Shown piece by piece: positions 1 to 9,029 of a DNA stretch of 64,000 nucleotides; the stretch's first letter is position 1; each line of letters begins with the position of its first letter. The stretch spans positions 2,784,001-2,848,000 of the forward strand of contig CAWGAA010000001.1 in the NCBI GenBank assembly GCA_963820525.1, given 5' to 3'. This DNA comes from an uncultured Spirochaetota bacterium (GTDB taxonomy: Bacteria; Spirochaetota; Spirochaetia; SZUA-6; Fen-1364). The position numbers and the translations under genes are program-made. Below the pieces are notes generated by a model. That model was not told the origin of the DNA. It ran no database searches and was given only the letters and a program-made list of their open reading frames with translations.

Positions 1-76
1 TCCTGCGGCGCGTGGGATCCGCCAACGCGGCGAATGTGAGGCTGAGGCGATCCGGCTTTGTGTTTTTTTTTACCAT
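1..76 (-). CDS. ArsR/SmtB family transcriptional regulator, N-terminus (runs off window edge)
   Basis: Manual translation from ATG at 76 gives MVKKNTKPDRLSLTFAALADPTRRR, the typical ArsR 'F.ALADPTRR' start. Confidence 0.8.
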   Translation of the reverse strand, partial: MVKKNTKPDRLSLTFAALADPTRRR

Positions 77-150
77 AAGGTTAATTCACCTAATGGTAAA
101 ATAAGAATCTCGAGATGGAAGCGTCAAGAAAAAAACTTGCTTTACGCGGG

Positions 151-357
151 TCAGCCGACCCTCTCGAATCGGATGGGCAAGAGCTGAGTCAAGTCGAGGT
201 TTTTGGAGGCGTTCATGATTTCGATCCCAACGATCTTTTCTCCCTCCCCCACATCCAGGACAATGTCATCCGACACGCGCCGGTTCACGACCTGTTGTGA
301 GCGAGGATCTATGCGCAGGTACAGTAAATCCGCCCTCTCGTCATATTCGATCTTCAT
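151..357 (-). CDS. DUF2283 family small protein (putative antitoxin)
   Basis: MKIEYDERADLLYLRI...DIVLDVGEGEKIVGIEI matches the DUF2283 pattern; ATG at 357. Confidence 0.8.
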   Translation of the reverse strand: MKIEYDERADLLYLRIDPRSQQVVNRRVSDDIVLDVGEGEKIVGIEIMNASKNLDLTQLLPIRFERVG

Positions 358-358
358 A

Positions 359-415
359 TCAGGTCTCCCACGTCCCATAGAAAACATACACTGTAACTAC
401 TATTATGGCATCCCC
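359..415 (-). pseudogene. C-terminal remnant of DUF4258-like toxin gene
   Basis: GDAIIVVTVYVFYGTWET* ends just before the DUF2283 start and is preceded by an in-frame TAA; 'IVVTVY' is typical of DUF4258 C-termini. Confidence 0.5.
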
Positions 416-483
416 TTAAGACACAATCCACACCAACTCCGCGACATTGTCGCCGCCTGCCGTTTCTTCGTACCTTTCAGCCT

Positions 484-858
484 ATGAAAAGCGCAATCGA
501 ATGGTTCGACATACCGTCTTCAAACTTTGAACGGGCCCTGAAGTTCTGCTCTGATATCCTTGGCGAGCCGCTGAAGATCAATGAGTACGAGGGGCAGAAG
601 CTGGCCTTTTTCCCCATGGACCCGAAGGGTGACGTGGGTGGAGACCTTGTTCCCCCCAGCCCCGAGTTTGTGCCCTCCAACAAGGGAAGCCGCGTATATC
701 TGAATTGCGATGGCAAGCTGGATGAGGTGCTTAGCAGAGTGACACGGGCTGGCGGCAAGATTGTCAGGCCCAAGTTCTCCATCCCCGATGCCGACATCGC
801 GATTATCGAGGATACATAGGGCAACTACGTCGGGCTGTCGAGCTTGAAAGCAAAATAG
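484..858 (+). pseudogene. VOC/glyoxalase family protein with premature TAG at 817-819
   Basis: AIEWFDIP...FERALKF VOC start; after EDT* the frame continues GNYVGLSSLKAK*, i.e. the conserved D(T/P)EGN motif with GAG->TAG. Confidence 0.7.
625..703 (+). repeat. 79-bp direct repeat, copy 1 (inside VOC gene)
   Basis: Matches 2810-2888 with 3 mismatches. Confidence 0.95.
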
Positions 859-944
859 GGCGAAAGATCACAGAACCAGCGCGTGGGCGATACTACTCCG
901 CGAAGATTTCTGTGTGGGCAGCAGGCCATACTTTTGCGAGCTCC

Positions 945-1703
945 TTAACCAGCGCCATAGATACTCCCGAGCTGCTCCAGCACCTCGTCCAGTGAGCTTT
1001 GGATAATGCCCATGCTTTTCAGGTCGATCGGCTCGCTTCGTACTTCACTGAGAAACCTACGCATGTCGGCCCGGATATTCGGGGGAACGTCCGCGCGAGG
1101 GGCGGGATCGATAATTCGGTAGAGCCGGAACACATCATTGCGATGCTTGCTGATGTCGCTGCTGTGAATCTTGTGGCCGGCCTCCCTGCGCTCTCTGAGG
1201 TCGAGCCAGGCACGAGCTTTCAAAGGAACCAGGTGCTCGGGCCCAACCACGGAAACGCCTTCAACGATCCGAATGCCGTCCTTGAGAAAAGCGTAGTACT
1301 CGTCTTGGAGAAGAATCGCGGACAGGCTTGATATCCCGTCACCGAAGGGAATTGGGGTGAGATGTACGCCGTGTGCCGGTTCAAGTCGATCTGGCCGGAT
1401 GGAGAGTATCTCCAGCATGCTCGGAAACCCCGGCACCTGCGGCGAGACAAATCGATAATACGTGGGTCTGCCCTCGCCTGACTGCGCCACGCTGTACTGT
1501 CCTGCCCGGATGAAGTTCCAGAAGGACCTTGCGAACCCGGAGTCGAGCGCCTCAGCTATCAGCACGATGTCCAGGTCCCTGGTTGCTCGAAACGCCAACC
1601 CCACCTGCTCCATTAGGAGGTCACAGGCGGAGCCGCCGATCAGTGCGTACTGGTGAGTCCGCTCCCTGAAGTGGTCCCGAAACAGTTCCAAGCCGGCTAC
1701 CAC
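945..1703 (-). CDS. Nucleotidyltransferase-fold protein, AbiEii-like toxin (type IV TA-like)
   Basis: IGGSAC...RATRDLDIV (G-G..R.T.D.D) NTase motif, KARAW and KHRNDV C-terminal motifs; overlaps upstream gene. Confidence 0.7.
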   Translation of the reverse strand: MVAGLELFRDHFRERTHQYALIGGSACDLLMEQVGLAFRATRDLDIVLIAEALDSGFARSFWNFIRAGQYSVAQSGEGRPTYYRFVSPQVPGFPSMLEILSIRPDRLEPAHGVHLTPIPFGDGISSLSAILLQDEYYAFLKDGIRIVEGVSVVGPEHLVPLKARAWLDLRERREAGHKIHSSDISKHRNDVFRLYRIIDPAPRADVPPNIRADMRRFLSEVRSEPIDLKSMGIIQSSLDEVLEQLGSIYGAG

Positions 1704-2737
1704 TTCATTCCCTCCAGCAGTTCGTCAAGCGCCGATTCCACGCGCTCGTCAGAGGTACCGTTCAAGGACAGGAAGAGTGAGAGCCGATCCACAACCGGGC
1801 CGTCGGCAACCGCTCCTGGAGGATAGGCCCACACCTCCACCTCGACCCCGTGCCGTTCCACGGCGTCCGCGCCCACAACGGGAAACCTGGCCCGAAGAGC
1901 AGGCCAGGCGCCGCTCGACACGGCCACCACGGGGGTCGATGGTCCCGAAAGGTTGGTGTAGGCAGCAAGGGCGGTAAGTCCTGCCGTGTGCGCGCCCAGA
2001 TCCTTCCTGGACGCCGCCACTGCGACGCGTCGCAAGACCGGGCTTCGGAGCAGCGGTCGCGCCTTCTCCCACAGGTCGCGGCGCGATCCGGCCAGCTCCA
2101 TGAGTCGTCGCCTTCCCGCGCTGTAGTGGCGGCCAAGCCCGGCGCTCTCAAGCTCGTCGAAAACCCGGGACAGGGTCATATTGCTATAGCCAAGGGCGGC
2201 AGCCATTTCCTGCGGCGAGAATGTGTCCCGTTCCCTGCACTGAAGAGCATAGAGGAAGGCTGCCTGCGTGGCAGGGCTCAACCTTTCCGGCGCCCCCCTG
2301 ACGTTCCTGAAGTGCTCGCGCAGGTCGATGCCGAGCATGGGCAGGTAGACCTGGTTCCCCGGAACGACAAAGGCAACTCTCTGGTCGATAAGCTGCTTGC
2401 GCCGGGCGCTGTCGATTCCCGAGGCAACGTAGACCACCTCTCCTTCCCACCGCTTGCCGACCTCGAACATGTGCTTCCTGATTGCCGCAGGCGTATTCGG
2501 CTGGACGCCCCGATCCATCATGAAAAGGCAAGGCGCCCGCAGAACCCTCGCGGACAGGAACGCATATGCCTCCCGCAGGTACGCAGGAAGAGAACCTTCG
2601 CCCGACCATGGGCGCGTGTCTATTCCTATAGAAAGGACTTCACGCAAATGCCGCTTGAGCCGCTCTTGGAGATCGTTCTGGACTATAGATTTCATAACTT
2701 TCATCTGTACGATAACACTATCGGCGTTATCGTTCAA
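1697..2737 (-). CDS. wHTH/MarR-like regulator, putative AbiEi-like antitoxin (true start may be 2704 or 2695)
   Basis: HTH 'SPQEMAAALGYSNMTLSRVFDELE'; C-terminal VDRLSLFLSL...DERVE; coupled to the NTase gene. Confidence 0.65.
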   Translation of the reverse strand: MNDNADSVIVQMKVMKSIVQNDLQERLKRHLREVLSIGIDTRPWSGEGSLPAYLREAYAFLSARVLRAPCLFMMDRGVQPNTPAAIRKHMFEVGKRWEGEVVYVASGIDSARRKQLIDQRVAFVVPGNQVYLPMLGIDLREHFRNVRGAPERLSPATQAAFLYALQCRERDTFSPQEMAAALGYSNMTLSRVFDELESAGLGRHYSAGRRRLMELAGSRRDLWEKARPLLRSPVLRRVAVAASRKDLGAHTAGLTALAAYTNLSGPSTPVVAVSSGAWPALRARFPVVGADAVERHGVEVEVWAYPPGAVADGPVVDRLSLFLSLNGTSDERVESALDELLEGMKW

Positions 2738-2809
2738 GATGCTGTTACTTTTTTCGGGCGGATAGTTTCCGCGCGGGCTTCAGATGGTAGTCGTTCAGGC
2801 GTTCACACT

Positions 2810-2888
2810 AAGGGTGACGTGGGCGGAGACCTTGTTCCCTCCAGCCCCGAGTTTGTGCCCTCCAACAAGGGAAGCCGCGTGTATCTGA
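2810..2888 (+). repeat. 79-bp direct repeat, copy 2 (orphan VOC fragment)
   Basis: Matches 625-703. Confidence 0.95.
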
Positions 2889-2916
2889 GAGGTCGAAAGA
2901 TCGCCCGGCCGCGCTA

Positions 2917-5823
2917 TCAGCCGATTGTGTAGCTGAAGGTATAGCTCCCTGAACCCAGTACCGCCTCTGCTCCGTCTTTGCACTTCGTGAAACGGGCCGG
3001 GGCGCTCTTGTTGGCGGCCCCACGTAGATCGCCGGCGCCGCGGGCAGAAGCTCTACCGGGCCCGCGATCGGAGCTGCTGCCGAGCGCGGCGGCCCCCCCT
3101 TCTGTGAGGCCTGACGGTGTCGCTCCCGGCAGCACCACCCGGGCCGTCGTGTTGTGCGGCACCGTGATTTCCACGCTCATCCGGCCGCCCTTCAAAGACC
3201 AGGACACGGCGGCCTTGCCGAACTCCGTCATCCAATCCGCCTTGGCGTGGGTGATGCCGCCACCGGGCCGAGGTTTCATGAGAAGCCGGCGGCGGCCGGA
3301 GCCGTCTTCTTCCAGGTCCAGGCCAGCGACGGCGCCGTAGAGCCAGTCCCCGATGGCGCCGTACGCGTAATGGTTGAAGGAGTTCATGGACGGGCTCCAC
3401 ATGGAGCCGTCGGGCTTGATCCCGTCCCAGTGCTCCCAAATGGTGGTGGCGCCCTTGGTCACCTGGTACAGCCAGGACGGGTAATCCTCACGGGTAAGAA
3501 GAGAATAGGCGACATCCAGTCTCCCGTTGTCTGCGAGGACCCGGCAGAGGAACGGCGTTCCGAGAAATCCCGTTGTCAGATGCCAGCCGTTCTCCTCGAT
3601 AAGGCTGACCAGGGTGTCGACGGTCCGTTGTCTCTGTTTCTCGGGCGTCAGCCCGAAGGCGAGGGCAAGAACGTGCGCGGTCTGCGTCCTTGCGGCCAGG
3701 CGGCCGGAAGGCGTGTAGAACTCGTCCCGGAAGGCTTCAACGATTCTTCCGTACAGGCGTACGTACTCCCCGGCATCTTTCTTCCTGCCCAGGACTGCGG
3801 CCGCCTTGGCAAGGAGCAGGGTGGAGTGGGCATAAAAAGCGGTGGCGATAAGGTCTGTCGGCGTTGCCCCGAAGTAGCTTCCCTCTTTCGCGTCGAGGGC
3901 CACCCAGTCCCCGAAGTGGAAGCCCGAGTTCCAGAGAACCCCGCCCTGGGCATGAGCGCGCACGTACCCCACCCAGGCCTTCATGCTGTCGAACAGCTCG
4001 GCAAGGATTCGCGCATCTCCGCAGCGCTCGTAGAGCATCCAGGGGCAGATCACCACGGCATCTCCCCAGCCGGAGGATGAGTGCGACTGCTTGACGTTGG
4101 GATCGTTTTGGATAACGTCGGTGAGAACGTCGGGAGCCACAAAGGGGACGCCTCCCCCTTCCAATTGGTCCGCCTTCAGATCTCGAAGCCACTTGCGGTA
4201 GAAAGGGGCCGCGTGGACCAGGTAAAGGGCGGTGCAGATGAAGACCTGCGCGTCCCCGGTCCATCCGAGCCTTTCATCCCTCTGCGGGCAGTCCGTTGGA
4301 ATATCCACGAAGTTGCCCTTCAGGCTCCAGAGGATATTGTGGTGAAGCTTGTTGACCAGCTCGTTCGAGCAGCTGAAGCTTCCGGCGGGCTCGAGGTCCG
4401 AATGGATGACGACGGCCTGGAAATCATCCATGGCCGGCTGGCCCGGGTATTCTTCTATAATCACGTAGCGGAACCCGTGAAAGGTGAAATGCGGCTCGAA
4501 GCTTTCCGGAGATCCTCCCTTGAGGACATACTCCACGCGGGCCTTCGCGCTGCGCAGGTTTTCCGTGTAGAAGTTGCCCGCCGCATCCAGGACTTCCGCA
4601 TGCTTCAGCACCACGCGATCACCGGATTTACCTCGAACGGTGAAACGCACCCAACCCGTGAGATTCTGGCCGAAATCCAGCACCCGCTCGCCCTTGGGTG
4701 TCGTGAACAGGCGCAGGGGCGCTATCGTTTCCTGCCGCCTGACCAGCGGTCCATCCTGCGCCTGCAGGCGCCCTCGAATGCTATCGCCGCTATCCAATGG
4801 CCAGACCGGATGCCAGAGTGAATCGTCGAAGCCCGCTTGGTCGCAGCCGGCCTGCTCCAGGCGGGCGTCGTAGGTTTCCCCATGATAGATCTCGGAGAAA
4901 ACGATCGGGCCCGCGGAGGCCTTCCATGATTCGTCGGTAACGATCAGCTCCTCGCGTCCGTCGGTATATCTCACCAGGAGCTGGAGAAACAGGGCGGTTC
5001 GTGTGCCGTAGACATTTCGCCGGCCCAGCCAGCCGGCCAGGTCTCCCTTGTACCATCCGCATCCCAGCATCGCCGCAATTGCGTTGGCCCCCGGATGCAA
5101 CAGGCCCGTGACGTCCCAGGTCTGGTAGAGAAGCCGCTTGGAATAGGAGGTCCAGCCCGGCGTGAGAAGCGCATTTCCCACCCGCGCGCCGTTCAGCGAA
5201 AGCTGATACACGCCCAGCGCCGTGGTATAGATCCGGGCGAAAGAGACCTCACCCGCAAGGCTGAACTCCCGGCGCAAAAGCATTCCCGCGGATGAGGCGG
5301 CAGCCCCCTCGTCCTCCGGAGACACGAAGTGGGCCTTCCAAAAGGCAGGGTCGAGAAGTCCGGTCTCGAAGAAGGCGGCATCGCTCCAGGGGCTCTCCTC
5401 TCCATAATTGTCGCGCACCCGCACCCGGTAGAAGTAGCGCGTGGAGGAAAAAAGCGCGGGGCCCGAGTACTCCACCAGGACGGACTGCGCGGAGCGCACC
5501 TCGCCGGAGTCCCACAGAATGGCCGCGGGGGAGAAAGTATCGGCGCCTTGCTGGCCCGCGCCGCCGCCCAGGCTGCCGGCCCTCAGGTTGGCGGCCGGCT
5601 GCCCGCCCGCGCCTCGTGCGCCTTCTAGCTGGCCGGCGCCGCCCCGCTTACCCTCGCCGCCCCCCTGGTCGAAGCCCCCATCTGCCGCCACCTGCACCCG
5701 GAAGCTCTTCTGAACGACGTTCCTTCCATCGGATTCGAGGACCCAGGAGAACCGGGGCCGCGTCTCCCCGATTCCCACAGGGTTCTCCTGGTGCTCACAG
5801 CGCAGCCGCGTGGCTTTCAGCAT
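2917..5823 (-). CDS. Alpha-L-rhamnosidase (GH78)
   Basis: DFGQN, PTDCPQRDERLGWTGD, GATTIWEHWD, SFNHYAYG motifs. Confidence 0.95.
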   Translation of the reverse strand: MLKATRLRCEHQENPVGIGETRPRFSWVLESDGRNVVQKSFRVQVAADGGFDQGGGEGKRGGAGQLEGARGAGGQPAANLRAGSLGGGAGQQGADTFSPAAILWDSGEVRSAQSVLVEYSGPALFSSTRYFYRVRVRDNYGEESPWSDAAFFETGLLDPAFWKAHFVSPEDEGAAASSAGMLLRREFSLAGEVSFARIYTTALGVYQLSLNGARVGNALLTPGWTSYSKRLLYQTWDVTGLLHPGANAIAAMLGCGWYKGDLAGWLGRRNVYGTRTALFLQLLVRYTDGREELIVTDESWKASAGPIVFSEIYHGETYDARLEQAGCDQAGFDDSLWHPVWPLDSGDSIRGRLQAQDGPLVRRQETIAPLRLFTTPKGERVLDFGQNLTGWVRFTVRGKSGDRVVLKHAEVLDAAGNFYTENLRSAKARVEYVLKGGSPESFEPHFTFHGFRYVIIEEYPGQPAMDDFQAVVIHSDLEPAGSFSCSNELVNKLHHNILWSLKGNFVDIPTDCPQRDERLGWTGDAQVFICTALYLVHAAPFYRKWLRDLKADQLEGGGVPFVAPDVLTDVIQNDPNVKQSHSSSGWGDAVVICPWMLYERCGDARILAELFDSMKAWVGYVRAHAQGGVLWNSGFHFGDWVALDAKEGSYFGATPTDLIATAFYAHSTLLLAKAAAVLGRKKDAGEYVRLYGRIVEAFRDEFYTPSGRLAARTQTAHVLALAFGLTPEKQRQRTVDTLVSLIEENGWHLTTGFLGTPFLCRVLADNGRLDVAYSLLTREDYPSWLYQVTKGATTIWEHWDGIKPDGSMWSPSMNSFNHYAYGAIGDWLYGAVAGLDLEEDGSGRRRLLMKPRPGGGITHAKADWMTEFGKAAVSWSLKGGRMSVEITVPHNTTARVVLPGATPSGLTEGGAAALGSSSDRGPGRASARGAGDLRGAANKSAPARFTKCKDGAEAVLGSGSYTFSYTIG

Positions 5824-5889
5824 TTCATCCCCCTTGGCAAGCGGCCCAGCGCCCCCACTATCGTGAGCGCTATGCCCAGCCCCACCAGC

Positions 5890-6720
5890 TTACGCCTTAA
5901 GGGCACCCGCGGTCAGCCCCGCGACAATCCTCTTGTTGAAAAAGATGAAAAGGATGAGGGGCGGAATGGAGATCAAAACGACGTCTGAAAACAGGAGGTT
6001 CCACCGCGTCACGTACATGCTCATGAAGTTGTACAGGGTGAGCTGGACCGTCGCGTTTTTCGCACCGGGAAGGAAATACAACGGGTTCACGAAGTCATTG
6101 AAGATGTTCACCGCGGAAAGCACGATGATGGTGGAGGTGACGGGCTTGAGGAGCGGGAAAATGATCCTGAAAAACAACTGCCAGCCCTGGCAGCCGTCTA
6201 TCACGGCCGCCTCGTCTATTTCCCGAGGCACGGTAACCATGAACCCTCTGTAGAGCAGGGTTGCGAAGGGGAATCCGAGGGCCACCTCAATCAGGACGAG
6301 CCCGGGCAGCGTCTTGAACAGCCCAATACCCCGCAGGATCCAGATCGTGGGGACAATTGAAGGGGGGATCATCAGGCCGGCAAGCACGAGGAAGTTCACA
6401 AGCCCCAGGCCCTTGCCTGATCGGCGCTGCATCACGAAGCCCCCCATCGCGCAGACCACGACCAGCACCAGGATGGAGAACACGGTGAGAAGGAAGCTGT
6501 TCACGAAAGCGCGCACCACCAGTCCTCCATTGTCCGTGAGCACCGTGGAGTAGTTCTGAACGATCATGAAGGTCGATGGCCAGGAAATGCTGGCGTCGGC
6601 TGCATCAGAGATGGTCTTTGCCGAGTTGATGATGACGAAGTAATACGGTACGCCGAAGACCACGAGGGACACGAGGATGGCGATTCCCCCCACGATGAAG
6701 CCCCGCGCGCGAAACCTCAT
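5890..6720 (-). CDS. Carbohydrate ABC transporter permease (MalG-like)
   Basis: EIDEAAVIDG EAA loop; ends GLTAGALKA. Confidence 0.95.
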   Translation of the reverse strand: MRFRARGFIVGGIAILVSLVVFGVPYYFVIINSAKTISDAADASISWPSTFMIVQNYSTVLTDNGGLVVRAFVNSFLLTVFSILVLVVVCAMGGFVMQRRSGKGLGLVNFLVLAGLMIPPSIVPTIWILRGIGLFKTLPGLVLIEVALGFPFATLLYRGFMVTVPREIDEAAVIDGCQGWQLFFRIIFPLLKPVTSTIIVLSAVNIFNDFVNPLYFLPGAKNATVQLTLYNFMSMYVTRWNLLFSDVVLISIPPLILFIFFNKRIVAGLTAGALKA

Positions 6721-7583
6721 AGGTCCACCTCATGACGGGTCAGGTATCTGTAGAGCGGCACGGCCAGGGCGGAGACCACCACGAAGAGGATGACGTTGCC
6801 CGCCGTGGCAAGCCCGTAGAACCCGCCGGTGTACTGCTTGTAGATGATGGAGGCGATGAGGTCCGTGGTGAACCCCGGGCCCCCCTTGGTCATGGCCCAG
6901 ACAAGGTCGAAGGTGCGAAGCCCTCCAATGAAGGCAAGGATGATGACGGAGTTCATGGCAGGGCGGCAGAGGGGCAGGGTGATGAAGCGGAACTTGTCCC
7001 CCGCGTTCCCGCCGTCCAGCATGAGCGCCTCATAGTACTGCTGCGGGATAGAGGCGATGCCGGCAAGGTAGATCACCGTGGCCACCCCGACGCCCTTCCA
7101 CACGTCCACCATCGCCACGGAGAGTAAGGCGATGTGTACGTCTCCCAGCCAGTCGGGGCCCGCAATGCCGATGAGGGCGAGGGCCTTGTTGATAAGGCCA
7201 CGGGAAGGGTGCATGAGACTGCTGAAGGTGATGCCGACGGCGATGGTGCTGAGAAGGTTGGGAAAGAAGACCATGGAGCGCAGGTATCCCTTTGCCCGTA
7301 TGGAGGAGGAGAGAAACACGCCCAGAAAGAGGCCGAGCACCACCTTCAGCCCGCAGGTGACCACGGCATAGATTATGGTGTTTCGAAAGCCGATGCTCAG
7401 CGAGTATTCGGAGAAGAAGCTTTTGAAGTTGTCAAAGCCGATGAAGTACCAGTTGGTGAGCGTCCAGCGGGTCATGCTGAAGAACAGGGAGATGACGGTG
7501 GGAAGCAGGAAAAGCCCGCCGTAGATCAGTCCCGCGGGCAGAAGGAAAGCAAAGGAGTAGGACGTGCGGGATATGGACCTCAT
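6717..7583 (-). CDS. Carbohydrate ABC transporter permease (MalF-like)
   Basis: YYEALMLDGG, FRFITLP, TKGGPG motifs; hydrophobic helices. Confidence 0.95.
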   Translation of the reverse strand: MRSISRTSYSFAFLLPAGLIYGGLFLLPTVISLFFSMTRWTLTNWYFIGFDNFKSFFSEYSLSIGFRNTIIYAVVTCGLKVVLGLFLGVFLSSSIRAKGYLRSMVFFPNLLSTIAVGITFSSLMHPSRGLINKALALIGIAGPDWLGDVHIALLSVAMVDVWKGVGVATVIYLAGIASIPQQYYEALMLDGGNAGDKFRFITLPLCRPAMNSVIILAFIGGLRTFDLVWAMTKGGPGFTTDLIASIIYKQYTGGFYGLATAGNVILFVVVSALAVPLYRYLTRHEVDL

Positions 7584-7598
7584 GACGGCCTTTCACGG

Positions 7599-7630
7599 GC
7601 GGCGGTCCCGCGAGCTGGCGGGACCGCCGC
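7599..7630. terminator. Intergenic 13-bp stem hairpin after the solute-binding protein gene (mRNA stabiliser or partial terminator)
   Basis: GCGGCGGTCCCGC-gagctg-GCGGGACCGCCGC perfect inverted repeat; no strong U tract. Confidence 0.55.
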
Positions 7631-7655
7631 AGTCAAAAAGGGTGCCGGGGAGAGA

Positions 7656-8924
7656 TTACCAGCCGGGAAGACCGAGCTGCTTGGCCTGCTTTTCGACGTC
7701 CCTGTCGTATTCCTTCGCCGCATCTATCGGGGTTGCGATTCCGCTGCCGCATTCCACGCAGATCTGCGGAAGGTTGGGGCCCTTGATGGGAGAAAGGAAC
7801 TCCAGGGCCGGGGCGGTGTTGCCCGAGTCGAAATAGGGGAGCATGTCCTTTGCCGCGGGCACCACGTCCGCGGGCAGCTTCACGCCCTTGACGGCGAACG
7901 GCCCGTCGGGTTTCTGCCTTTCCATGTACGCGGCGATTCCCTCCTGTGAGACGTAGAACGCGGCCCACTTCTTGGCCGCATCCACGTTCTTGCCGTTCTT
8001 GTACAGGTAGATGCCCGCGGGCATCCAGACCGTCAGGCCGTTCTTGGCCGCCGTGTCTCCCGGCTGCGCGAAGAACCCGATGTCGTTCAGCTTGTCGGGC
8101 GCCGTGTTCTTGATATTGGCGAGGGCGAAGGTGAGCATGGGGTAGTGCGCTCCGGTCCCGTCTGCGAGCATCTTCAGCGCAACGTCATAGGTGGTGGCCA
8201 GGCTGTCCTTGTTCATGAACCCCATCTTGTAGATCTGCTGGAGCTTCTCGAATCCGCGGAGCGCGATCGGGGTGCCGGCGTAGGTTGCCTTGTGATTGGT
8301 GTAGTCTGCGGCAAAGCCGGGGTACTGCGCCTGCACGTTGTAGTAATCCGCCAGGAGGATGAGCTGGGAGGTCCAGTCGTCCTTGTAGGACCCGATCACC
8401 GCGATCTTTCCGGCCGCCTTGATCTTGGTGCAGTTTGCCAAAAGCTCGCTCCACGTCCGGGGCACCTTGAGGCCGAGCTGGGCGTACACCTTCTTGTTGT
8501 ACAGCCAACCGCCCCCCATGGCCGTCTGCGCGGGAATTCCGTACACGCGGCCACCCACGCTCACCGTCTGCTTGAATGAGTCCACGATGTTCTTCATGTA
8601 CGGCTCATTGGTCAGGTCCACGAAGTTCTGCGGCGGGTTGAGGGCCTGGAACAGGGAGCCCGAGTTGTAGAACGAGAGGTCGTCCATGTCCCCGGTTGCC
8701 AGGCGGGTCTTCACCACGTTGTCGCCCTCAGCGCCGCCGGGCCGCAGGTCTATGGTGACCGAGATGCCCAGCGCCTTCTGCGCGGCGTCGATGACCCCCT
8801 TGATCCCGTCCAGCGCGGTCTGGTTGTCGATCAGGAGCGTGAGGTTGGTCTGGGCGAACACGGTCCCGCCGGCCAGGAGCCCGGCGACGCAGAACACCAG
8901 TACGAGGAACGCTTTCGTACGCAT
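7656..8924 (-). CDS. Sugar ABC transporter substrate-binding protein
   Basis: ATG 8924 after AAGGAGG RBS; signal peptide; GRVYGIP, YNKKVY..LGLKVPRTW motifs. Confidence 0.93.
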   Translation of the reverse strand: MRTKAFLVLVFCVAGLLAGGTVFAQTNLTLLIDNQTALDGIKGVIDAAQKALGISVTIDLRPGGAEGDNVVKTRLATGDMDDLSFYNSGSLFQALNPPQNFVDLTNEPYMKNIVDSFKQTVSVGGRVYGIPAQTAMGGGWLYNKKVYAQLGLKVPRTWSELLANCTKIKAAGKIAVIGSYKDDWTSQLILLADYYNVQAQYPGFAADYTNHKATYAGTPIALRGFEKLQQIYKMGFMNKDSLATTYDVALKMLADGTGAHYPMLTFALANIKNTAPDKLNDIGFFAQPGDTAAKNGLTVWMPAGIYLYKNGKNVDAAKKWAAFYVSQEGIAAYMERQKPDGPFAVKGVKLPADVVPAAKDMLPYFDSGNTAPALEFLSPIKGPNLPQICVECGSGIATPIDAAKEYDRDVEKQAKQLGLPGW

Positions 8925-9029
8925 GGGAGGTAGCCTCCTTGGTTGGATGATGAGAACTCGCACGGGCAAAAAGTTATCATCGCGCATGCCAGCCGAACAT
9001 GGACTGTTCAGCACAATTCCATGGAGTTT

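Noticed and set aside
625..2888. Imperfect repeat pairs as DGR template/variable repeats (also 59255/60020)
   Set aside because: Mismatches are not adenine-specific and no reverse transcriptase is in the window.
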